A stretch of 63,849 nt of DNA, the filler included, from Octopus bimaculoides (taxonomy: Eukaryota), in assembly GCF_001194135.2 (NCBI RefSeq). It is 7 parts of 6 records of this genome, joined end to end, with 100 filler letters (N's around TTAATTAATTAA, not from the genome) between each part and the next. Parts side by side here need not be neighbours in the genome. Positions count along the whole stretch, not along the records: positions 39,849 to 51,864 come from NC_068984.1; positions 51,965 to 56,500 come from NC_068988.1; positions 56,601 to 62,395 come from NC_068983.1; positions 62,496 to 63,849 come from NC_068993.1; 3 more parts are not named here. One strand, written 5' to 3'. The translations under genes and the position numbers were made by a program. Under the pieces are notes generated by a model. It was not told where the DNA came from, did not search any database, and saw only the letters and a program-made list of their open reading frames with translations. Below, in pieces: positions 51,711 through 63,849 of this stretch; position 1 is the first letter of the stretch; the number at the start of each line of letters is the position of its first letter.

Positions 51711-54510
51711 AATGAGTGTATGCATATATACGTACAGGTATGTGCATACCTATGTCTACCTGTATATATAGGTGCATATCTGGGTACAGGACATTGCAAA
51801 CAAAACGTAGACAAGAAAATAATAATAACCAGAGTACAGAAAACACACAAGCCACATAGAGAACNNNNNNNNNNNNNNNNNNNNNNNNNNNNNNNNNNNN
51901 NNNNNNNNTTAATTAATTAANNNNNNNNNNNNNNNNNNNNNNNNNNNNNNNNNNNNNNNNNNNNTATATATATATATATATACATACATACATACATACA
52001 TACATACATACATACATGTCCTTGTGCGTATGCTTATATACACTACGAATATGAAGTTAACAGAACCACATTACTACCTCTGTCGATTATATGATAATGG
52101 GACGAGTGATACCCAAGTATACCATGTAGCCTAATTATGGAATATTTTACATTTTTTTTCTTGATGCACCCATATTTTCCGTGGTGGAAACTCACATCGT
52201 CAGCTACTTTTAAACAAGTGTAGTTCAACACATTGAGTATATGGCTGTTGTTATCATTGTATATGATACCGAACAGAAAAATGAACGAAATTGTGATTTA
52301 TTTATATTAAACTGAAATCATAATAGACTTAGGAATCCAGAATAAGGTACTTTTAGATTTATTTAGTCAGGACGTATTTTTGCAAGAAGGTGTCAATGCA
52401 TGTCATTTGCTATTATGTAGATGAGAAATGTGTCTTAAAACGATAGTATACAAGATTCTTCTCGCAAGTGTACACAACGATACTGGTAGTCGATGTTATA
52501 GTCATATAGTTACGCCAATACAGCAAACTTCCTTAGTGTACATAAAATATCGCATGAAAATATGAGTACATATATGTGTGTCCGTATATAAGTCATTCAC
52601 ATAAAAGCTGCATATACGAGTGACTGTGTGCGCGTGTCTGTGAGAGAGAGAAAGCGAGAGTGGGTGATAGAGAGGGGAGAGAGAGGGCGGACAATGAGAA
52701 ATAATAATTTTTGTGTAGACATCTCTCATTGTGGTACTCGTTTTTCAAGCTCCTGAAATTATAAACTGTAAGATGTGTAATTAAATTGAAACATAACAAT
52801 ATAATGTGCTCCCAGAACTACCTGATGTTACACTATAATACGTAACAAAGAAGAACTATTTTACATAAAGTCATTTTTAATAATTTGGCGATAAATGACT
52901 GGATTAAGTTGAAATGATGATTAGAAGTAAAGAGTTAAAAGCTTCACATCCCCCACCGAAATTTTAAGAAAGAGAAACCACTGTTTCGCAGCAATTTTAT
53001 TAAATACGAATTATATGATAATGGGAGAGAGGTTACCTATTTATCTTTCTACCTAAATATTCCATAATAAAGGTCTAAATAAAAAAAAAAGGAGAATGTT
53101 TTGTAATCATAAGTGTATCATCTTGAGCATATTGAATGTGTGGTTTGCTTGCCACAGCTCTATGTGACGCCTCGTCTGAGATTTTCAATTTTGATTCTGG
53201 CTAATTCTTTTGATTCAACTTAGGTTTATACATAAATAACTATTCCCAGTAAAATTACTAGAGGAACGCAAAATGTTTGTGTCAAAAACATAACTTTCCT
53301 AGAACGCTCTTGAACTTAGTGCCACTAACTGCTAATCAATTTAGCTGTAGCAGCAAATATAAACACCCGAAGAAACAACTAATGTGTTTATAGAATTGTG
53401 AACCGTTCCGGGCTTGATCGTACAGCTCTTTTTTTAGGCAGATCTTGTCCGATACAAACATTGATATTACTGCACTTCTCAAGTACGACTATTAGAAGTA
53501 TGCCAGCTGATGCAGAAAATCAAAGAGAAATGGTTAACTGCACTAAATCACCTTTACTCTCATTATTCCGTTCTCAATTAATGATGGGGAATAAAGTGAT
53601 CTTGTGAAAATAAGTATAGGTTAAGTTTTCGTTTGGTCGTTTGAGCATGTTACGATGGTGCACATTCTTTTAGCTGCATTGATAACACGAAAAAGTAAAT
53701 ATTGCCTTTAATCAAGTGTTTCGTTCCATATATCTCCCTCGATCATCTTTATGCTTATTTTATAATCAATGTGTCTAAAAAGATTAATTTATCATTTCTG
53801 TTCCCCATATAAAACTGAATGTCATTCTTAGTATTATTTATAACTTATATTGAGAAAATATATACACACTTCATTCCCAAAAGATGAAACAATGCTTTAA
53901 ATATCTTACCTAATTTGCTTCAAGAAATAGTAAAAATGTCTTTCTCATTTTCGCCAAGGTTTTATAATAATTTTTTATATCAAGAAAGATCTTCAACAAA
54001 TTTCCAAACACTGGTTCCCATTGCTGTTACAAATATGTGCCTGTATACTGTCAAAACTCTAGCAAAAATTTTCCTTTTTGTTTTTGTTAATTTTCCGTTC
54101 TTTTTAATAAAAATATTGCTTATTTATGTTTCAGAGCTAAGCTACAAAAATATTTCTAAAAACATTGCTTAAAATAAGTAGGACCATCATGAGTTATAAC
54201 ATGAGATTAAGAAGCGTGTTGACGAGATGTTGGAACTGAACAACTTAAAGCAATTTAGATCTCATATATGTCAACACTTCCAGTGATCATATGCAGCTTG
54301 AGTTTACATCTTGACTGAAGTTACCCAATTATATTTCTACCTAAGTATTCTATAATATAGGAGTAACGAAAACAAAGAGTATGTTGGAATTAGAAGAGCT
54401 TCATCTTCTTTAGTAATTTGAGTGTTGTTTGCTTGCCTCAGCTCGATGTGGCTCCAAGTCTAAAGTTTTCAATTCGGGTTCAAGTTCATTCTTTTAATCC
54501 AACTCAAATT

Positions 54511-54558
<48 letters not shown>

Positions 54559-54669
54559 TCTCTCTCTGTCTTTCCCTCTCTCCCTCTCTCTCTCTTACCT
54601 TGTCCCCCCTCTCCCTCTTACATGCATATATATTGAGTTTTCCCCGGTATGACATTAAATTTCCTCCAA

Positions 54670-55011
54670 TTGAAAGGTTAAAACGTCCCCCTTCGATCAT
54701 CGATCACCATGGGATTGCACATGAAAAGTTACTCTCGGAGGCACAAGTCCAGGCAAGGTTGTTTATGAAAAGCCAGCAGTCGCCCATGCATATCTGTTTC
54801 TCCTCTGTATGCCACCGATGTTATCCAAGGGAAAACGGAAACAGCTTGGCCATAGAAACGTCGCAACTAATTTCTACGGTTGAGTGATATTGAGCAACAT
54901 GAAATAAAATGTCTTACTCAAGAGCACAATACACAGCCCGGTCCGGGAATGGAACTCACTACATCCTGACTGTGAGCCTGACGCTCTAACAACTGAGCCC
55001 TGCACCTTCAC
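54670..55011 (-). mobile_element. SINE family D
   Basis: Reverse complement colinear with 8504-8842. Confidence 0.8.
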
Positions 55012-56600
55012 TTGTGTGCACGCTCTGGATTGAAAGGTGCCAACTTGAGATTTGCTAAACATTTAATAGTATGGAATCCCATTCTAGGGAAGAGTACACG
55101 GAAGTGAGCTGGAGTGGTAGTATAAACCCTTTCGTGGAGTCAAATGCCTGGTGATTCAATGGTGAAAACATGGTAATAATTCGAATCCTGTGATGATTAG
55201 AAATGGGTCACAAAGATTCACAGAAGTTAGCATTCGTTCTGATAACGCGTAAACTAATATAAGTGCATGTGTTGTAAAAGCGTCTGTGTTTCAAAAGTGA
55301 GTTCGGGAGAAAAGGGAAATAGCAAGGTGTGCTGCAAATTACCGAGAAGCCGACAACGGATAATGACTACTCTATCTAGCGAAAGAAAAATTAACTAACT
55401 TCGGGTTCAGAATGAAATTCCATGAACACTCATGCCAGCAAGCATGACATACATGCACATGTGTGTAGGTGTGTGGGTGTAATACATGTAGAACAAACAT
55501 GTGTATGCACGTGAGTATACTATATACATGTATGTCACGTGCTCATATTAAATGTAATGCCTACTTCTGTGATTCTTCTGCTGCCATATATATATATATA
55601 TATANNNNNNNNNNNNNNNNNNNNNNNNNNNNNNNNNNNNNNNNNNNNNNNNNNNNNNNNNNNNNNNNNNNNNNNNNNNNNNNNNNNNNNNNNNNNNNNN
55701 NNNNNNNNNNNNNNNNNNNNNNNNNNNNNNNNNNNNNNNNNNNNNNNNNNNNNNNNNNNNNNNNNNNNNNNNNNNNNNNNNNNNNNNNNNNNNNNNNNNN
55801 NNNNNNNNNNNNNNNNNNNNNNNNNNNNNNNNNNNNNATATATAAAGTGTGTCTGTATGTCTGTGAGTGTCTTTATGTATATATGCACCTGTTCTTCTAT
55901 GAATATATATGGTAGCTGAATGAATGCGTGTATATGTGAGCTTGAGCCTGTGTGAGATTGTGTGTGTATGCACTTGTATACGTCTATATGAAGTAATTAT
56001 TTTCAGATGGTTAAACTTCTCACTTGCCTCATTAAAAACGCTCATTAGCGCTGTAGTTGGCCGACGGAGAAGAAGCAATAACCAAATTTATCGACCTCCA
56101 TCATTTTGACTAATTTACTGATCGTGGAACGGCTGCAATGATAGAGTAGTCAGTAACGTGTTTAATTATAAAGTCATGGCTAATTAAAGAACACTTTTTG
56201 GTAACAGTGAAATTAAAAAAGAAAATATTCAAAATAAGTAGCATAAACAAAGCATTGAAACAACATTTTCTAGTGTTAACACTGAATATAGAGAAAGAGC
56301 GTAGAGGAGAAATGCGAATATTCAGAAGTTATGTGCGCGTGAGAGAGCAAAGAAAGAAAGAGAGATGAGAGCAAACATTGGAATTAAAAAGTGACAGTTT
56401 AAAAAAATGCAAAAATCTAAAAATGTAATAAATGGAAGGAAGTATAAGCTCCTGCCCACATAAGCAAAAATTTAAATATATATATATATATATATATATA
56501 NNNNNNNNNNNNNNNNNNNNNNNNNNNNNNNNNNNNNNNNNNNNTTAATTAATTAANNNNNNNNNNNNNNNNNNNNNNNNNNNNNNNNNNNNNNNNNNNN

Positions 56601-56832
56601 CGGGCAGCTTTAGCACATACCTTTTGCTTGATGGTTTCTATTGTGGGATCAATGTCAACTATGGTTTTCATATTATATTTTTTCTTTAGTTTATGGGTCT
56701 TTGTAGGTTTGATACTCTTGTCAAATTTAAGGTTTTTCAAACATTCTATGTCAGATCTAAGCAGCTTAATTTGGTGTTGAATGCGTTCTTGCCAAGAAGG
56801 CTTTTTGTGGGAGTGTTGTCTTTTTCTAATCT
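56601..56832 (-). mobile_element. R4/Dong-like pre-RT region, starting in an AAT tract
   Basis: KPSWQERIQHQIKLLRSDI..IETIKQKVCAKAAR matches the P.W..R..I..LR..E..KQK..A..R pattern of this clade; cut by the linker. Confidence 0.55.
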
Positions 56833-56852
56833 TTTCTTCATTATTATTATTA

Positions 56853-56886
<34 letters not shown>

Positions 56887-57264
56887 TTATATTCATTACA
56901 TTTTAAAAGGATTGACAATACGAAAATAGACAATACGAAAAGCGCGATGCAATTGCAATAGATATTTTATTGGTTGTACGATATTTCGACAGCAAGCCTA
57001 TCTTTGTCGAGTTCAAAAGTGATAAAAATTCAAAATTATAGAAATTCAAATCCAAAATATGAACGAGAGCAGCCAGCATCCACACGTTGATAGAATGACA
57101 GCATCAGTGTTCAAATTTCAATTTTACAACTGGCAAAAAGAAAAAGCAAGAAAGAGAAAAGAAAACGAAAACAGTTTTGTGTAAATTTGATGAAATTCTG
57201 TTATTTTATTCATTCTTCCAGTGCGTGATGTTAATAACGTGGCTTCTCCAGATATTCTGCCTAA

Positions 57265-57850
57265 ACGGTGAACAGGTGTGGTCGTCGTTAGACAAACACC
57301 TCTGACCCCAGCTCATCTCCTTGACTGAGCTGCAGTCCTGTGTCAAGAAGAGACCCAGACAGGCTGAGTGGCTTCTGGAATGTTGCTAGTAACTTATTGT
57401 CCTCTATCAGGCGGGAAAGTCGATCAGTGGAACATCTACTCTTGAGTTTTATAGAGGGTTAGTGGTGGGAAAGTGCGATGACGCACTTGGAGAGGTGGTG
57501 GGCGTCTATGAAGTCAAACTGACCGGAGGACATTCGAGCCTGTGACGATGGATACCTTCTAGTGTCCATGCCTTACTGACTTGTGGAGTTATGTCGAACA
57601 GTTGTTGTCGCATATAGGACATATCCGCCGCATTCATATCGTCAGGAAAGGCAGACAATTTTCCTCTGTATGGTAGGTCAAATTAAAAGAATTGAAGAAA
57701 GACACTTTTCGGCCAATCCCTTATCAACTTTCTTAAATTTCACTTGGACAGGAGGACGAGGGTGGAGAGAGAAGTGATACCCCCACAGTACATTTGCTGA
57801 AAGGTGGGTAAATGTACTGAAAATGGCTCGTCTGAGTGGACCTACTCTAA
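57265..57850 (+). mobile_element. Tx1/L1-like LINE 3' fragment (3' UTR appears to resume at 60049-60300)
   Basis: INFLKFHLDRRTRVERE..ERWVNVLKMARLSGPTL, homologous to 32968-33320. Confidence 0.55.
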
Positions 57851-57853
57851 TAA

Positions 57854-60045
57854 CACTGGTCAACAGCCAATTTTCACCAGGGATATTATATGATGTTTTA
57901 TATGTAGTTTTGTCCGCTGATTTCAAAAATGTAATCGGTTTCCTTCTATCAGGCACAGATTTTCTGTAATTTTATGTTTTCATAATCTTTTCTTTTCATA
58001 AATTTTACTTTCTGTTTAAGGTGCCAAGTCATCATCAAATTCTACTCAGGATGTCAAGGCATTGCAAGAACAGTCCTGATATATTTTGTTATGTCTGTGG
58101 TTCATTTACCACCAAAGCTCAGCAATGTGTCATCACAAGTGAAATCAAGAAGGTCTGCCAGTTATACTTTGGCTGCTCTCTTGAGGGTCAAGATAAGAGT
58201 TGGGCCCCACACATCATCTGCTCAGCTTGTTCAAATGGACTAAGAGATTGGCTAAAAAAGAAGGAGAGAGCAATGTCGTTTGCAATACCTATGATATGGA
58301 GAGAGCCAAAGGATCATTTCCTGGGCTGTTATTTCTGCAGTGTTAATGTATGTGGGTTTACTGTAAAGACCAAGCATAAAATTGTGTATCAGCAAGAAGA
58401 CCAGTACCACACAACGATGATGATCTTCCTATTCCAATACCACCAGAAAATGGCCTTCAGATGTCTGACGAAAATGTATTTCCTGAAGAAAATACTANNN
58501 NNNNNNNNNNNNNNNNNNNNNNNNNNNNNNNNNNNNNNNNNNNNNNNNNNNNNNNNNNNNNNNNNNNNNNNNNNNNNNNNNNNNNNNNNNNNNNNNNNNN
58601 NNNNNNNNNNNNNNNNNNNNNNNNNNNNNNNNNNNNNNNNNNNNNNNNNNNNNNNNNNNNNNNNNNNNNNNNNNNNNNNNNNNNNNNNNNNNNNNNNNNN
58701 NNNNNNNNNNNNNNNNNNNNNNNNNNNNNNNNNNNNNNNNNNNNNNNNNNNNNNNNNNNNNNNNNNNNNNNNNNNNNNNNNNNNNNNNNNNNNNNNNNNN
58801 NNNNNNNNNNNNNNNNNNNNNNNNNNNNNNNNNNNNNNNNNNNNNNNNNNNNNNNNNNNNNNNNNNNNNNNNNNNNNNNNNNNNNNNNNNNNNNNNNNNN
58901 NNNGGCAATAAGAAACCATCCATTCTCATAGGACATTCAGTGCACCTGAAGGAATGTTATGAAAATATGCAAGTACTCCTCAATGCCATAAAGTATACAA
59001 ACTACAGCTGGAAAATCTGTGGAGACTTGAAAGTGATTGGAATGTTGATGGGAATGCAATCTGGGTTCAAGAAATATTGTTGCTTTTTATGCCTATGGGA
59101 CAGTCATGCAACTAACAAGCTCTATGTGCAATCAGAGTGGCCTTTGCGAAACTCATATGAGCCGGGAGTTTCTAGCGTCCAGAGCATGCCACTTTTAAAC
59201 CCAGAAAATGTTCTTTTTCACCCTCTTCATATAAAGCTTGGCCTCATGAAACAATTCGTGAAGACACTTGCCCGAAAAAACTCAAAAGGTTTTGAATATG
59301 TGAAGGCCAAATTTCCTAAAATCACCGAGGCAAAACTGCAGGAGGGCGTATTCATAGGTCCGCAGATAAAAGAACTCTTGAAGGACAACCACTTCCTCAC
59401 AGCACTGGATGAGATTGAGCTTAAAGCCTGGGAATCCTTCAAATGGCTCTGTGAAAATTTCCTAGGCAACAAGAGATCTCTAGAGTTTAGAAATGGAGTG
59501 AAATGTCTTCTAGACTCCTACGCTGCAATGGGCTGTCGGATGTCACTAAAAGTCCATTTCCTTGATTCACATCTGGACTTTTTTGCAGAGAACCTTAGAG
59601 CAGTGTCTGATGAGCAAGTGCAATGCTTTCATCGAGATATTGCATCGATGGAACAACGATATCAAGGATTTTGGAATGCAGGAATGTTAGCTGACTACTG
59701 TTGGATGTTATACAGGGATGAACCTGAGACAAAACACCATAGAAAGTCCAAATCTCAAAGATTTTAAGTTGTTATACGTTCGAGTGTATTCTAACTTATT
59801 TGTACACAATAATTTTAATTTTGTACAATAAACAGCCATGAAATTATCGTATCTTGTATTCATTATACTTTATATAGACATGCTTTACGTATCCTATAAG
59901 TTAAAACAGCAGGTATCATTAACATGAAAATATGACCTGATAGAGGAAATCGGACTTCAGATTCGTAATCAGTGTCAAAAATTAACCCAGAAAAGTCAAT
60001 CAGCAACTCTGATGATTAAAAAAAGTTTCATTTTGTTGACCAGTA
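57854..60045 (+). mobile_element. Chapaev3-type (CMC superfamily) DNA transposon, defective
   Basis: TIR CACTGGTCAAC (57854) / GTTGACCAGTA (60035-60045); TAA flanks both ends; subterminal inverted repeat about 57915-57955 / 59935-59975; transposase motifs listed in the next feature. Confidence 0.75.
58051..59767 (+). pseudogene. Chapaev3-like transposase, frameshifted and spanning an N gap
   Basis: N-terminal FCYVCG..WAPHIICSAC..IWREPKDH..CYFC; C-terminal ICGDLKV, LHIKLGLMKQFVK, MSLKVHFLDSHLDFF; frameshift near 58390; SDEQVQCFH where I recall SDE(H/Q)GERFH for the family. Confidence 0.8.
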
Positions 60046-60359
60046 TAATTCGCCAATTTGAGGAAGAGACGTGTACTCTTCCCGAGTACTCTCGAAGCGT
60101 CGGGTGGTTCAGGATTGGTGGGGTATCTGTACCAACCCTGGCTCATCCACGCTATTGGGGAAATCGCATTGCTATGATTTTCTTGTTTAATGTTCATTGT
60201 TATTGTTTTCCTAATTGCTTACTCGTCTTCTATAAAAAATCCCACTGTCCCCGTCCACTGTATTGTCCCCTATATGTCGGTCCCAGTGGCCAGTAAATGA
60301 AATAATAATTATCGTTATTATCATTATCATCATCGTCATCATTCTTCTTCTTCTTCTTC

Positions 60360-60433
<74 letters not shown>

Positions 60434-60435
<2 letters not shown>

Positions 60436-61375
60436 GCTTCTCTTTATCACAGGTTTTGTTGGAGCTCCTGGAGTCTTACATGCATAGCGAGCTTGCTACC
60501 TGCAGCCTACTGTCCATTCTTTTCAGTTATCTATTACTTTCTTGACTATTCTGACCGTGTCAAGGACGCAAACATTTTGTAACAGTTCTACTCGGCATTC
60601 TATTCCGATTTCCTGTATATTTCTCTTGATGCTTTCTGATACTGTTCTCAAGGAGCCAGCAATGATTGGCACTATCTTCACCTTCCTTATTTTCCATAGC
60701 CTGGTTGTTTCGTGCTTAAGACGGTTGTATTTATCTATCTTTTCACCTTCCTTCTGGAATATTCGTGAGTCAAAGGGGGCATGCAACATCAACTGCATAG
60801 CATGTGTAGTGCAACTTGTCATCCACCACTAGGTCCGGTCTATTATGCTTTAGCATCTGATCTGTTTGGATTGGAGAATCCTAGAGGATTTTGTTAGTCT
60901 CCGACTCCGCCAACCCCTGCGGTTTGTGCTCACGCCACGTCTTGCCTCTCTCTAGCCCCCACTTTTCTCACAGTTTCTAATGTAGCACTTTCTCTACTTG
61001 ATCGTATCGCCGCAACTTGTGGTTTTGGGCCAGTGTAGGACATTCGTTCGTGATATGGGTAATGGTTTCATCCACTTTATTGCAGATGCAGCACAGCAGA
61101 GATACTTGCACATTCCTAAGATTGACTCTCCAGTTCGTGGTCAAAACTTGGTCTTGCGCTGCCAGTATACTGCTCTCACTCTCTTTTTTTTAGTATTCCT
61201 TTCATCAGTCATTCTATCCCATTTTTTCCAGCAACTTCCGTTGCAGCTGCATAGAATTCATTGTGTAGTCCCTGCCTGCGTAATTCTTCTTCATGTCCTT
61301 TTTACACTTCTTTTATTTTTCCTTTTTTCTCAAATTTCATTACTCCTACGTTCCTAACCGTCACTAGCAAGGTTT
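60434..61375 (-). mobile_element. R4/Dong-like lineage 3, 3' portion (zinc knuckle and RLE)
   Basis: Minus strand LMKGILKK..ILAAQDQ..LCCICNKVDETITHITNEC (CCHC), HNRPDLVV..AVDVACPFD..KEGEKIDKY; ends in (AAT)n. Confidence 0.85.
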
Positions 61376-61394
61376 CCTCAATTTGGTCTGTCTG

Positions 61395-61434
61395 TCTGTC
61401 TGTCGGTCTGTCTCTCTATCTATCTTTCTGTCTG

Positions 61435-61509
<75 letters not shown>

Positions 61510-61636
61510 CTTTCTCTTAGGCACAAACACACAGATACACATACAGACTCCCTTTTGTATTCGTGTATCTCACTTTCTCCCTTCCTCCATCGCTCTCTAT
61601 GTATCTACATACCTACTTACCTATCTGTCTGCCTGT

Positions 61637-61711
<75 letters not shown>

Positions 61712-61730
61712 GCTAGCTAGCTACCTATAT
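61395..61730. repeat. (TCTA)n / (TCTG)n microsatellite cluster
   Basis: Read directly from the sequence. Confidence 0.9.
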
Positions 61731-62341
61731 ATAATGGACATAGCAAAGCTCATTCATGTTTATTCTTTGAGCCTAACATTAAGTATTTGCACATGATGCT
61801 CCTAGAATTATCAATTTCACATCAAATATTTGAAAATACGTAATGAAAGGGAATTTAAGGCTGTATATGCAATCACACGAAATAATCCATAAACCGAGAA
61901 ATATTTATTTTTCAGCTGCAACTTCAAGAGCCGTGAATGCAAATATACCCTCAATTAATTTTCTGATCTTAATATATCTGTACCTTTATTCAAGTGAATT
62001 AATATATATTAAATATGCTCTCTTATAAAATAAAGCTTTATAATATTTTATCATTCTCAGTAGAACATCAGTAGAACAAAAGCATTTCAGAGGGAAAAAC
62101 TGACAATTGTGAATAATGTATATAGTTAAACTGACATTTTGAAAATATGGCGTTATTTTAATGTGGCAAAATAGGAGGCTCTTGAAAAATTCAATGTTGT
62201 AACTTTGAATTTCATAATAAGTTTTATATGCAATATGAAACGTATTCTAGTTTTTCATTCTAAATCCCCATAGCAGCAAATATCTGTACCTGTTCAAAGT
62301 TATTACGTAACACACTACTGATTTGAGGACTGGTGAAAACA

Positions 62342-62394
<53 letters not shown>

Positions 62395-62495
62395 CNNNNN
62401 NNNNNNNNNNNNNNNNNNNNNNNNNNNNNNNNNNNNNNNTTAATTAATTAANNNNNNNNNNNNNNNNNNNNNNNNNNNNNNNNNNNNNNNNNNNN

Positions 62496-62544
<49 letters not shown>

Positions 62545-63281
62545 AGGAGATATATTTAAGAATTTACAAAAAAATTGGAGAGGAACCGACCTGTCTTTTT
62601 GGTAGTTTTGATAATAAAACTAAGATCTACAGTTATTTCCTATGACCTTGATGAATAAATTAATACGAGAATAATTTAGATGAATTGACTTATATATTAA
62701 TACAGACGATTTCGTAGGATGTGTTCATGTTTTTATAAGAAGAATGAGTTTCTGCGGGGCATACAATTAAAAGAAATGGTAAATATAAAAACGACAGTTT
62801 TGGCACATGATTTCACAAGATCATTTAAGAAGTTCATTCGTTAATTCGTCTGTATATTCAGACTGTCGTCTGGTCGATGAAGCAAAATATTATTAAAACT
62901 ATGTGTCATAGTACAGACTGTTATAAATCAACTGGGATAGACATGTTTGGAGTTGCTTCTAAGCACATCTTGACGATCAGAGTGACAACAAAAAAGTATG
63001 GATGGAAAAGAAAGAAGAAAATAATTAGGGAAAATATAAAAGAAATAGAAATGAGAGTGTGAGAGACGTCTAAGTTATAATACTTACACTACGAATCTTG
63101 CATTCTATCGCAATGACATTGATGAAAATAAGTGTTTTTTTCATTACCTGATCAAAATCATAGCCTGTGTAATTGTAGATAACGAGATTATTGCCTTTTG
63201 GATAAACAATGCCACCGCAGAAATGTAGTGTATAGATGTTCCGTCTGCACTCGCACAAACACAAAAGCACATACACACATA

Positions 63282-63319
<38 letters not shown>

Positions 63320-63430
63320 ACAGTATTTTATAAGCTTAAAGCTAATAAGCGATCACCGCGCAATGACTAAAGAAAATAGTCTAATAATGGGGCATATGAG
63401 CCCTCGACGGAAAAAAAATGTAGGTTCTCC

Positions 63431-63503
63431 CGTATGGGTGGGACTCGAACCCACATCTCTTAATCTTCAAGACAAGAATGCTATCATTACACTAGTGCAC
63501 AAC
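63431..63503 (-). pseudogene. tRNA-like pseudogene or SINE head
   Basis: TAGTGTAATGAT A-box-like, perfect T-arm GTGGG-TTCGAGT-CCCAC; acceptor and anticodon stems pair poorly. Confidence 0.55.
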
Positions 63504-63849
63504 CTGCTTTATTCAGTCAGATTTAAGAACTAATTGGTTCGTAGTGTTGTTTTTGTAAAACTTACATGTGCTTATATATATATATATATATATATATATG
63601 CCAACCTTGTACATATTTTCTCTTTATCACCTCTATTCTCTCATCTTTTAACAGTTGTAAAAGTGGTGGTGGTGGTGGTGGTGGTGGTGATATTATGTAG
63701 TGGTAGTTGCGTCGGTAACCATTGCAGTTGTGATGGCCGTAGTGGGGGTGGCGGTATTGGCGTTGGTAGAAGCGACGATAGTATTGGTGGGGATGGAGGT
63801 TGTGGCGGTGGTAGTGGTGGTGGTGGTAGTGGCGGAGGTATGCGAAGGT

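Noticed and set aside
63660-63849. Gly/Val- or Thr/Pro-rich coding exon
   Set aside because: Degenerate (GGT)n low-complexity sequence like 13720-13810; no splice or start context visible

Overview
AT-rich, microsatellite-saturated animal DNA. Its repeat repertoire (tRNA-derived SINE families, R4/Dong, Penelope-like, RTE, Tx1, CR1, pogo, mariner and Chapaev3 elements) suggests an octopus/coleoid cephalopod genome; this is inference from recalled repeat families, not a database result. I can support no intact cellular protein-coding gene: almost every listed ORF is a microsatellite or N-gap artefact, and the informative ones are decayed transposon ORFs. Six identical 100-nt linkers (44 N + TTAATTAATTAA + 44 N) divide the window into seven pieces, so long-range adjacency is not assured. 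Most interesting observations: (1) a tRNA-headed element carrying a minimal hammerhead-ribozyme motif, arranged as a head-to-head inverted pair (36344-36790); (2) a 218-bp copy of local DNA inserted inside a SINE with microhomology at both junctions; (3) at least three R4/Dong-like lineages plus a SINE family that occupy (AAT)n tracts in opposite orientations; (4) a Chapaev3-type transposon with TIRs and a TAA TSD nested in a Tx1-like LINE; (5) an isolated 28S rRNA fragment; (6) a CR1-like LINE that shares its 3' tail with the commonest SINE. All translations and alignments were done by eye, and element boundaries are approximate.
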